DNA of 64,000 nt from Eledone cirrhosa (taxonomy: Eukaryota). Of the stretch, positions 53,128-64,000 are shown piece after piece. A program made the position numbers and the translations under genes. Location: positions 19,406,001 through 19,470,000 of the forward strand of contig OZ024746.1 of assembly GCA_964016885.1 (NCBI GenBank). Direction: 5' to 3'. The notes beneath the pieces are model-generated. The model saw nothing but the letters and a program-made list of their open reading frames with translations, was not told where the DNA came from and did not search any database. The number at the start of each line of letters is the position of its first letter. Position 1 is the first letter of the stretch.

Positions 53128-55052
53128 TCTCTCTCTCTCTCTATATATATATATAGATATATATTTATTTATTATGCAACATGCAAAGAGGTGAACAACT
53201 ATGAAATGGAGTCATTAAAGCAGATGGTGTGACTGCTGATATCTTTCTTTCTTTCCATCACCGTCTCTTCCTCTAATGATGTTACGACCATCAAACATCA
53301 CTTGATATTAATGATACCATTTTCAACTTCTACTACATAGTCAACAAGGAGGCCTCTTACACAGTACCTCCTAAAACCTGCTAGATATAACAGCCAAATC
53401 CCCGTCGAATCACGTCCCACCTTTTAAATCTAGAATAGATTGGATTATGTAGTCCCCTGGCGCTAATCAACAAATTATGCTTTTTCCTCTGTCACGGCTG
53501 TTAAAGTTTACTGTCAGTCACACCGCCCCACCATCACATATACACAAAAGCTATTACATACGTAACATACTGATAGTTTGGCTATCCCCCACCCTATATC
53601 TATTGATAGGTATTCTAACGCATGTCTCATCCTGCTCTCCTCACTTCTTTGTGTATCATTTAGAATTGGATGATACACATGTCTGTCATTACCAGCTTTG
53701 TAATATCAATTCTGCGTGAGACTCAGGAGTTGGGGAACCCCTCACCCATATTCAAATTTGAAACCACTCATGAGTAAAACTTCTTTTTTCTTCTTTCTTG
53801 CCGATTTGGTCTGCAAGAAAGAGGTTGTGTTCATGGCCTTGACAAAGTCTCAGAGTCTAGTGAGATCAAAGCACATGCTACTTTTAATCAGTAGCAAGTT
53901 GACGGTTGCTATCCCCCATACACATGCACACAGAAAGAAACTTGGGCATGGAGAGAATTCCAGGGATATGAACTAATTGAATTGGTTAGTGTAGGGCCTG
54001 GAATGATGGACACAATATGGGTGACAAAGGGAGGAAAGACAAATGAATCAAGATGCCTAAAGGAAGGTGGTACAAGCAAAGGTGTAACTCAGGTATGGTG
54101 AGCATGGCACGTGCCATGGGCCCCACATGAACTAGGAGCAATTTCTATTAAAGTCAGATAAGCTACCATCGAAGAGTGAAAAAAAGAAACTTCTTCAGAT
54201 GTATGATCTGTCTTTATCATGGGTGAGAAGCACAATGGTGGCTGGATCATTAAACCATTTATATAATTTTTTAGGCTCATAGGTAAAAATACAGTACTGG
54301 GAACTACATGACCACATAGAATGACTTGTCAAATATTTTACTAGGGTCTATATTTGTCAAAGATCAGTACTACACAGATCAATCCCTTAAAAGCAAGGAA
54401 AATACAGTTGTAATTTTCATGTATTGTTTTCAATTAAAAAAATTAATGAACGTGATTGGTATTTTTTAGGTGATTTTATAGTTATCTGAAAAATGGGAGT
54501 CAGATGTTTGGGCAGGGTGTAATTTCACTGTTTGCTATAGGCACTATTTTCCATAGTTACACCTCGGGTAAGGAGACACATGTCTGCAAACGAGTGGTAG
54601 AAATGTGTTGGTGAATGACTTTGTACCAACCAGTCAAGTGGATTTTTTTGAGGAATGCACAGAATTACATGAGCTTTGCAAAATCTTAGCAATTGTTTCG
54701 AACCAAAGTGTTTTGTGGCTCTGAAAAGGAAAACCTATGTTTGTAATGTTGAAGATATGAAATTGCCATTAAATAATAAAGCCTCGATTCTGTCAAGATA
54801 AGGTGGGGAAATCTAACATAACCACAAAAAACAAAAGTTAGATTATTCAAAGCTACGGCGGAAATCTATCTTATTGTATTCCTGTGAATCATGGTCAATG
54901 ACAATAACTATCACCAAACCTTTAGATGAATGCTACACCTGAATGCTAAGAAAGATAAAAAGCATCAAACCTCTTGACCTGTTACAAACAAAATTCTCTA
55001 CAGCAACCTCTGGCCCATTAATTAGCCATACTTGGGCATGGAGAGAATTCCA

Positions 55053-55232
55053 GGGCGGTGGATTGGCAGTATCAGTAGAGGGTCGGATGCCATGCTTTGA
55101 CGCATAGAGTTATGGCCCTTGCCATTCTGAGTTCAAATCCCGCCGAGGTTAACTTTGCCTTTCATCCTTACAGGGTCGATAAAATAAAGTACACTGGGCA
55201 ATTGCTGGCCTTGTGCCAAAAGTAGAAACAAT
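55053..55232 (+). mobile_element. SINE family A copy inserted in an RTE relic
   Basis: Near-identical to 46445-46632. 16-bp TSD ATTAATTAGCCATACT. Confidence 0.88.
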
Positions 55233-56556
55233 TAATTAGCCATACTATCCATGTCAGGCTTCTTCAACTTGCAGGTCATGTCATGAGTAGCAACGAATCT
55301 ACTACAAAACTTTTACTATGGGAGATCACTAACGTGAAATGCAAACACTGAAGACCTCTCAGGACATTAAAGAGAACCATTGAGGAAGATACAGAATTAT
55401 CTGGTGAAGAACTGAGGCAATTAATGATGGATTGTGTGAGATGGAAAGGTTTTATCATGTCACTGCAAAGAAATGGATGGTGGTGGTAGTAGATGAAGCC
55501 GAGAATCTGTTGTGAACTTGAGGGTTCTAGTTTTGTGTTGTTCATGTTCAGGAGGAATTGTGTCATTGTGTTGAATACTTGGTTGTAGAATATTAATAAG
55601 GAATGGAGAGCAATATCATCTGCATAGCAGAACGCATTGTTGCATGTGAGGCAGAGTATGAGGTGGGGCAAAACTAAACCTTGAACATACTAGAGATGAT
55701 CAAGTGTTGGTGAAAGAGAATTCTAGTGGCATATACCTTGAATTCCAAAGACTAGAGGCAGGTAGAAGGCATAAGTAAGTAACTTTGCCAAGAAATTCAT
55801 AGTAATGGTTGATTGATTTGACGATGTAAGTGCCACAACACTGTTTTCACCAATTTTCTCAAGGGTGAGAACCCATAGGTGAGTACCAGCAGTAGCTGGG
55901 GAGTTAATCCTGTGACAGACTGGCTTCCTGTCCAGGGATAGTCTTGTACACTCAGTCACTTAATGCCAAGGAAACCAGAGATACGCACCAGCCCGATGGG
56001 CCTTCAGCTTAGAACAGACATGGTCAGACCGTCAGTGACTAAACCAGCAACCCTACCAACCTTGCTTGGTGAGGAAAGTGATTTCTGGACACCCTGTGGG
56101 ATGAAAAACAAAACCCATCAAAGGGTGGAAGAACTCAGATGAGTCAACCAATAGTGTGTAAAAAACAAAACAAAAAAAGAATGGGTAGACCAAGTTCATT
56201 AGCCTTGGTTGGCAGTCTGTCTAGAAGGATGACTGATTTCAAAACTGGAGTAGATGGGACTACATAATCACCTTGGTGACAACCTTTCAAGTGGCTAATG
56301 GCTTCATTCTTGTGATGAAAGTAGATGAGCTGTGGCTTAGTAGCCAGCTTCCAAGTAATGGTCAGACAAGGATTTGGGACCCACTGGCATCACTTTCTCC
56401 CCAATGAAAATTATAACCAGGATGGGAAGAGAGAAATATATGTAATGTAGTGACAGTGGTTATTATATCAACAATATAGATGATGCAAAATACCTCAGGA
56501 GAGCATTCTATAGTAGTCCAATCCAGGACCTTCTCACTCCTGTTGGAGGAACCCCA

Positions 56557-56611
56557 GGTCTTGTCTGATGATCCTGTGAGTGCACAGGTGAAACTCCAGA
56601 GTAAGAAGACT
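56557..56611 (+). ncRNA. Type I hammerhead motif with minimal stem III
   Basis: GGTCTTGT-CTGATGA-t CCTGTG agtg CACAGG t-GAAA-CTC ca GAG-TA-AGAAGACT. Stem I 7/8 paired, 6-bp stem II. Confidence 0.75.
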
Positions 56612-56702
56612 TACCACTTAGCTATAATAAAGAATATTTAAACTCTACTTTGGTACTGAGTGTCCATTCTTACGTCCGTCAACAATATATGAACATATAT
56701 AT

Positions 56703-57090
56703 ATAATTGTTTCTACTTTTGGCACAAGGCCAGCAATTATCCCAGTGCATTACTGGTACTTTATTTGATCGACCCTGTAAGGATGAAAGGCAAAGTTAAC
56801 CTCGGCGGGATTTGAACTCAGACCATAAAGGGCCGTAACTCTATGCTGCAAAGCATAGCATCTGACTCTCTACTGATACTGCCAATATAATTGTTTCTAC
56901 TTTTGGCACAAGGCCAGCAATTATCCCAGTGTATTACTGGTACTTTATTTTATCGACCCCTTAAGGATGAAAGGCAAAGTTAACCTCGGCGGGTTTTGAA
57001 CTCAGTCCGTAAAGGGACGTAACTGTGCTGCAAAGCATGGCGTCCGACCCTCTACTGATACTGCCAATCCACCTCTACTGATACTGCCAA
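56703..57090 (-). mobile_element. Head-to-tail SINE family A dimer plus a partial third head
   Basis: Two consecutive ~184-bp copies, each beginning ATAATTGTTTCTACTTTTGGCAC on the plus strand. Confidence 0.85.
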
Positions 57091-57656
57091 TATAATAGCA
57101 TATATATATATATACACATACATGGATTTCCCTAAAATCTTTAGTTTGTGTCTCAGCATGTTAATCTATTGAACCTCAAGAATCAGATGACATAAGACTT
57201 AGTTGACAGGTAATATGGCATATTGAAATAAAACTCATCCATCAGGACAAATACTGTGGTACTAAAAGTAAATGTGGTGAGAGTGTTTGGCAATCAGAGA
57301 ACTCTTCAATTTGGCTGAACATACGACAACCATTCTAGCGCTGGTGCCATGATATGATATGTGCACCCAGTCCACTCAGTAAGGTGGTAGAATTGGTGTC
57401 ACGATAAAATGCACCCAGTCCACACAGTAAGGTGATAGTGCTGGTGTCCCAATAAACACATCCAGTATACTCTGTAAGGGAGTCAGCATTAAAAAGGGTA
57501 TCCACCTGTAGAAACCATAGCAAATATGAAATACAACAAGCAAGATTGGTTACTCTGACCTAACTGATCTCAAACCATGACAACTTATCCAACCCATGCT
57601 AGTGTGGAAAGCAGGTGAAAAATGATGGCTTTATATATATATACATATATATATAA

Positions 57657-57830
57657 ATGGAGGCACATGGCTTAGTGGTTAGAGCATTGGCCTTGCAATC
57701 GAAAGGTTGTGAGTTCAATTCTCAGACCGGGTGATGTGTTGTTTCCTTAAGCAAGGCACTTTATTTCACATTGCTCCAGTTTACTCAGCTGTAGAAATGA
57801 GATGATAGGGACTGGGGTCCATATCATTCC
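57657..57830 (+). mobile_element. SINE family B (tRNA head, CORE/Meta-like domain)
   Basis: TGGCTTAGTGGTTAGAGC A box, GAGTTCAATTC B box, then TGTGTTGTTTCCTTAAGCAAGGCACTTTATTTCACATTGCTCCAG. Relatives at ~5408, ~13510(-), ~20722, ~27170(-), ~37505 and ~38880(-). Confidence 0.8.
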
Positions 57831-58169
57831 ACTGCAAAGTGGTCGTGGAGGTGCCACAGGAAAAAAGCACCCAGCACTCACTGAAAATGAGGTTGGTGTT
57901 AGGAAGGGCATCCAGCTGTAGAAATCAAGCCAAAATCAGTTCCCGTCCCACCCTTGCAAGCAGGGAAAAAGCGGACGTAAAATGAAATGATGATAAAATG
58001 ATGATATTGCACAGTGTAACGTAGTTGGTGTGAGGAAGGGCATCCAGCTGAGGAAACCAAGCCAAAATACAGAACCTGACTTGAATTGTCTCATGTGACA
58101 ACCCATCTAAGCCATCAAACATGGAAAATGGATCTATGATGATGATGATGATCATGATAGATATGTATA

Positions 58170-58650
58170 TATGGAAAAAGTTCAGGGAGCTACTACCTCT
58201 GCTGTCTACAAAAGATTTTTCCCTAAAAAATGAAAGGCATTGTATGAATGTATGAATAGCAATATTGCATGGGAATGAGACCTAGGCAGTATGTACAGTT
58301 GACCTATGAAGATTGGAAAGAAATGAAGCTTGCATGCTTCAATATATGTGTAATAGTGTGCATGAACAGCGAAGCATTAATGATCTGAGAGAGAAACTAA
58401 GCATAAGAGGGGTCAGATGTAGTGTATATGAGAGGAGATTGCAGTGGTTTGGACATGTGATGTACATGAAGGGTGAGAGCTGCATAAAATGGTGCAGGGC
58501 ACTCAAAGTTGAAGGAAACTATGGATGAGGAAGACCTAGAAAAGCTGACCTTGCACAATTAAACCTCACAAAGGAGATGACACAGAGTCGAGATCTCTGG
58601 CATCATGCTGTACTACAGAAGATCCACTTTCCCATGGGCACAAAATGAAA
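58170..58650 (+). mobile_element. RTE-clade LINE fragment
   Basis: ERRLQWFGHVMYM..ALKVEG. Same family as 3335-3649. Confidence 0.78.
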
Positions 58651-60594
58651 TGAAATGAATCAAACACACCAATCTTCTCATCACACCTCACCTTACCCAA
58701 ATTATAAAATCAAGGTAGAATTATATTTTGACTGAGCTTCATTAAGTGGAGCAGGACAAAACAACAAAGATGGACAGTCCCCTTTCCTCAGTCAACCTCT
58801 GGAAATCACTACAGTTTTGGTGCATTAGGGTTGATAGCATTCATTCCAGTGTACATTAAGTCACAACAAAACAGATAGAGAATGGTGTGTGAGGACTTAG
58901 CCAAAGGGAGAAAAAATATAGTGAGAGAAAGAGAGAGGGGGAGAGTTATAAAATCCAACAATCATTTAAAAAGTTCTATACTTTTAAATATCTTGAGAGA
59001 AACTATGTTTAAAAAGTTGTATCAATTAATGATCAGAAAAGGTTCTAAAGTGGTTGGTGATAGGAAGGGCATCCAGCCATAGGAAGTTTGCCATACAAAG
59101 GGTAGAGAGAATCCTTCAGTTTGTGTCAAGGACATGACAACCTCCCTAGTGCTTATGATCTATACAATAAACACACCCAGTACATGCTGTAAACTGGTTG
59201 GTCAAAAACATGACAACTTCTGTACACTCAACAGAATGTATGACCATACATAAGCGAGGAGCAGACCCCTCGGCTTATCTGGGAGGCCAGTAGCCCCGCT
59301 TCAGTACTGACTTGGTCTATGTAGACTCGCCCAACCCTTTCTAGCAGGGAAAGCAGATGACGATGTTGATGAAATATACTCACGCATTACAGTTTGTAAA
59401 GTTGAACTGTTCATATCAACAACACACTTTCACCTGCTGAGACCCTAAGGTATATGAAATTTGAAGCCCATCTCTAAAAAATTTTTTTTATCATTATACA
59501 TAATTATTATGCTTTATAATAATTGTTTCTACTTTTTGGCACAAGGCCAGCAATTACCCAGTGCATTACTGGTACTTTATTTTATTGACCCTGTAAGGAT
59601 GAAAGGCAAAGTTAACCTCGGCGGAATTTGAACTCAGATCATAAAGGGACGTAACTATACTTCAAAGCATGGTGTCCAACTCTCTACCGATACTGCCAAT
59701 CCACAAAGAATAAATAATATATATATCATCATTGTTTAACATCCATCTTCCACACTAACATAGGTTAGACTATATATAATTTTTGATGATTTAGTGTTAA
59801 AGAATAAAAGCTAATGATAAAATAAAATAACATTTTTAAAAATGAGGCGCCCCTGGGCATGTGTACCCTAAGCTATAGTTAATAGGTAAGTCCAGCACTG
59901 TTAGAAGTCAGTTTTTTAAGAACTCATAAACACTGTGTTTATGCATGCATTTTTCTTCTTCTTAATTTAGAGTTTATTTTGATTAGCCACTTGCTCAGTG
60001 GGAAGGTTGTAAAAAAAAAGGGGGGGGGGGCCTTGGTCTTTCTATCTTCCGTTAATTTTTAAGGTCTTGCAGATTTTTGTAGTTCCAAATATTGTGACCA
60101 TCAGTAGCTTATGAATTAAAATACTACATTCTTTCTCCAAGAATCCAAATTCAGCAAAACTTTGAATTAGGCAGGTTGGTAGGTATATATTCTCTAGGTC
60201 CAATAATAATTGATATAAAGTTGAAGGTATATTTTAGGTAATGGATTTGTAAATTCTTCAATTGTCCATAGATATTTTTCTTCTGCACACTGTAAGGTAG
60301 TCCATGTTGGTGACAATAAAAAGCGCCCAGTCCAAACTGTAAGGTGGTTGTGATGGTGACAACAAAAAGTGCTCAGTCTACCCTGTAAGGAGGTTGTGCT
60401 GATGACACACTAAAAAACACCCAGACCACACTGCAACGTGGTTGGTGTTAGGAAGGGCTGTAGAAAATACCAAAATACAGATCTGTATGAGCAAGACATG
60501 GTCTCTGGACCTGACTTGGCTCATAACACGACAACCTATCTAAATCACGCAAGCATGAAAAATGGATGTTAAATGATGATGATGATTGATGTCA

Positions 60595-61535
60595 TGTGGG
60601 CAGCTGATTTTCACAACAAAGCATGCTTTTATTCTGGTAACCCAAACTACAATATCAAGTTGCTTATGTTTTTATTCTCAGGTTACAGCCATTGGTTACA
60701 ATATATTCATCCCTATCTGTTATTTCTGTCTACCTTAGTGTATTTCAGTTTGTTCTGGCTACCACACCATATCTCAAGTGAAGGCAATAATGTGGCCTAC
60801 ATTTGTTGTCAACTGATGGCTTCTTTCTTTTGTGTAGTAGCGGGTGGAGATTTCTTGCTCCTGAGTTGCATGGAGGTATCATTTAAGTGTAATTCTAAAG
60901 TCTGTCTCAAGTCTAAGTGTTGAATAGAATGTTCCAGTGTCTTTGAAGAGTGATCTATTTTTGCTTATATTTCATGTTTCTCCTCAAGTTCATTGGCTTT
61001 CTCACTAACGTTATTTTTGTATTTGCAAACTTGGGTGAAACGGCTGCTGACTCATTTTCTGTGCTGAAGATGTTGTTTCAGTGATACAATCTAGGTCGTG
61101 TATGATATGATACAGATTTAAGGTCACAGCCACCCTCTTTGTGTGGGAAATATAGTCTGTACACATCTTCATTGATAATGAAATTTCTAGTAACACTGAG
61201 TAGCTTACAAGTTCTTATATTCCTTTAGTTGAGTTCTTGTAGTGACCAGTTCAGAATGCCCAAATATAGGCATTAGAATAGGTACTGCAAAGGTGTTGTA
61301 AGTGATATACTTGTTGTTGGCTGAGAGCTCTGATGATAATATTGTTTTTGACTCTCTTAAAATAAGTCCACCATACTCGACCTTTTCATCCTGTCTAAGA
61401 TACCTGTAGCTGTCACCTGTCTCTAGAGGTTGCATTATCAATTGGCCTAGTTTTCATAGTGGGGGAGACATAATTTTTCTACATTTTACCACCCAACATG
61501 TACTTTTCATTCGACAAATTTCATTCCAATATCTG
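60595..61535 (-). mobile_element. Decayed non-LTR retrotransposon with restriction-like endonuclease (R4/Dong-like)
   Basis: Minus-strand peptides YRYL..SELSANNKYITYNTFAVPILMP (post-RT region) and LDIVVWVTRIKACFVVKISCPHD (remnant of the REL PD..E motif). Confidence 0.65.
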
Positions 61536-61968
61536 TGGAAAAGCGAGTCGGTATGCATGTACGTACACCTGCACCTATGTATGCATGGTCCCGTAATTCC
61601 CGAGGGGATCGTAGGGGCGTCATATTTTTAACCTGGCGGAGCCTACCCTCACCAGGTCTGAATTCAGCACATTTCTTCCAGAGAAGGATAAAGAAAGTTA
61701 GAATTAAAAATACAATCCAGTACTTGACTGCTACTTTTTTTTATCAACCTCAAATGGATGAAAGGCAATCCTATGGTGTAAATGCTAGGTTATTTAAAAA
61801 AAAAAAAAGTTATGTATTTTGTAATAATTTAAATCAAAACACATCGAGCCTTTTTATTTAAAGAACCATGTAAAAAATATATATATAATAGTAACAATGG
61901 TATAGATAGAGGGTAACACAGACTAGCTACGCCTCTGACTATCGAATATATATGTGGTCATGTGTGTG

Positions 61969-62013
<45 letters not shown>

Positions 62014-62459
62014 CATATTTTCGAAAGATAACATACGCTAAAAAAAAAAACACAACACTACTGCTATTCGCGATGTTTAAATATAAATTAAACAGTATCA
62101 ATGAAAATTGTTTTAAAACAAACTTAATTTAATTTGCAACGGACCACAATTTAGTGGATTAACAATAGAGGAGATATTAAATGTGCTGTCATGCTGAAGC
62201 AGTTGGGTCTTAACAATAACAAAAGTTGGTCGACGATCAATGACATCTAATTAAAAGACACTCATGGGATGAGTGTTGTAGTTCAGATAAGCTAGCAGCT
62301 TGCTAGAAAAAGGGGGAATCCCTACTGATGACAATTTCGAAACCAATTCATATAGAGAGAGCAATATACACACTCATACCTACACACACCATTTAAGTTA
62401 TCTTTTGCAGTCACACACACACACACGTACATATATATATATATATATATATTTATTTA

Positions 62460-62659
62460 TTTATTTTATAGAAGGAGCTTCTACAGGACTAGTACTGTTT
62501 CATTCAGATGAAATCTTCAGGAGCTTCCTGAAGATTTCATCTGAATGAAACAGTACTAGTCCTGTAGAAGCTCCTTCTATAAAATAAAAAAATGTTTACT
62601 CTGCCATGTATTGAGTACCTTACTTACTGTGGTTATCCCCGACTCAACCCGGGACCAAC

Positions 62660-62660
<1 letters not shown>
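62460..62660 (+). mobile_element. Penelope-like relic with a perfect 63-bp foldback
   Basis: 62460-62522 pairs with 62526-62588 around a 3-nt loop. Hammerhead in the right arm, tail related to 49075-49160, (TA)n on both sides. Confidence 0.65.
62520..62574 (+). ncRNA. Type I hammerhead ribozyme motif (best-formed copy)
   Basis: GGAGCTTC-CTGAAGA-t TTC atct GAA t-GAAA-CAG tactagtc CTG-TA-GAAGCTCC. Perfect 8-bp stem I, 4-bp stem III, GUA site after 62566. Confidence 0.8.
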
Positions 62661-62694
<34 letters not shown>

Positions 62695-63126
62695 GGAATA
62701 CTGTTGGCTTCTTGCTACAATACTTTCTATACCTTTCATTCATTTATATATATGTAAATGGTAGCACAGTGGTCCGGATAACCAAAGATGTGGGTTCGAC
62801 TCCCATGTACGTCAATACTCATCTTTTTCCATTTCTCCGAGGGTTCTTAACCCCACTATCAGGCTAAATAATTTCTTTAATTTCTTTAGTCAAAATACGG
62901 CGATAGCTTACATTTCTAATAATTTCAAACCAACTCGCTGTTTCGAAAATATTCTTACTATATATATATATTTATAACTCTATTACACGCACCCTCTCTA
63001 TTGTTTATATTATGTTATCTCCTGTTCTCAATATTAGGGTATAAATATTGAGTTTTGCCATAAGTTAATCACTACCTTGACTGAATCTTAACCATCTACT
63101 ATGTAAGGGTATGTCATGTATCCTTT

Positions 63127-63193
63127 TATTTTATCTGATGAGGACGTACTGTTGAACTTAACTCAGTACCTCTGAAATATGTATAATAAAATA
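63127..63193 (+). ncRNA. Type I hammerhead motif (AT-rich family)
   Basis: TATTTTAT-CTGATGA-ggac GTACTG..CAGTAC ctct-GAAA-TA tg TA-TA-ATAAAATA. Perfect 8-bp stem I, AUA site. Confidence 0.68.
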
Positions 63194-63310
63194 TAATTGA
63201 TCACAAGAATATCTATTTTGTTAATATTTTGAATTTAAAAAAAATATATATATATATATATATATATACGATATATTAACAAATGGAAACTATATTTATA
63301 AAACCATATT

Positions 63311-63377
63311 TATTTCATGATACATATATTTCAAGGACACTAAGTCAAATTATGGTGCGCTTTCATCAGATAAAATA
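63311..63377 (-). ncRNA. Type I hammerhead motif (AT-rich family)
   Basis: Minus strand: TATTTTAT-CTGATGA-AAG c GCAC..GTGT c CTT-GAAA-TA tatg TA-TC-ATGAAATA. 8-bp stem I, AUC site. Confidence 0.68.
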
Positions 63378-64000
63378 TAATATAGATCAGTTTTATAAAT
63401 AAATATTGACATATCCTTGAAATATGTATAATGAAATAAATATGGTTTTATAAATATAGTTTCCATTTGTTAATATATCTTATTTTTACTCCAATAATTT
63501 GTTGAGTGCTTTATATCAGTTATAAAAATATTTGCTTGTTGTATCCCAACAATTTAAATAGAACTTCTACATATATATATATATATATATATCCCAAGTA
63601 CCGAGTCCCCTGCTGAATAATGGTCTTACTAGTTTAAAACTGGTAATCCTGAACGTAGAATATATATATACATATATATATTCTACGTTCACCAACTTCA
63701 TCTTCGTGTGTCTGAGACATTCATAATCAAAAAGCCAGGCAAAATATAATTATGGAGAGAATCAGCAGTCCACAGACAGGGGGCAAACACGCTGTTGTCG
63801 CCGGTATAAACACGATTCTCAAAGGAGTTAACACACAACTGCCAAGTGACAAACTTCCCTCATTTCTTCCAAACGTAATTGCTAAGGCAGACACCTTGCC
63901 TCAGCTAGACAGATAAACCAACAGAATTCAACGTTTCTATACGAGGGATAAAGAGAATATAGCGAAACAAGAATACATCTTAACTGTTGTTTATTTGTTA

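Noticed and set aside
53480-54360. Possible LINE AP-endonuclease relic
   Set aside because: Only faint motif remnants (ALTKS, FIMGE). Too degraded to assign without a profile search.
57657-57730. tRNA gene candidates (A/B boxes)
   Set aside because: They are heads of multi-copy SINEs, with no complete acceptor stem.

Overview
AT-rich, repeat-dense eukaryotic DNA, probably from an octopus or another coleoid cephalopod (inferred from the SINE and RTE repertoire; not database-checked). The only host coding sequence I can support is one minus-strand exon of a TEAD/Scalloped transcription factor (34839-35052). The rest looks like large introns and flanks. These contain three SINE-like families, RTE and R4-type LINE relics, a full-length decayed DD37D (maT) Tc1/mariner transposon, several MITEs, and mini- and microsatellites. 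The most striking signal is a set of short non-coding inserts, mostly at (TA)n microsatellites. About nine carry a recognisable type I hammerhead ribozyme core (CUGAnGA...GAAA...UH) in 5-6 sequence-distinct families, with a few more partial copies. Many are folded back as long inverted repeats, and most share a 3' hairpin (RCTC-loop-GAGY). They resemble Penelope-like pseudo-LTR or retrozyme-type elements. All folds were traced by eye and no activity is demonstrated.
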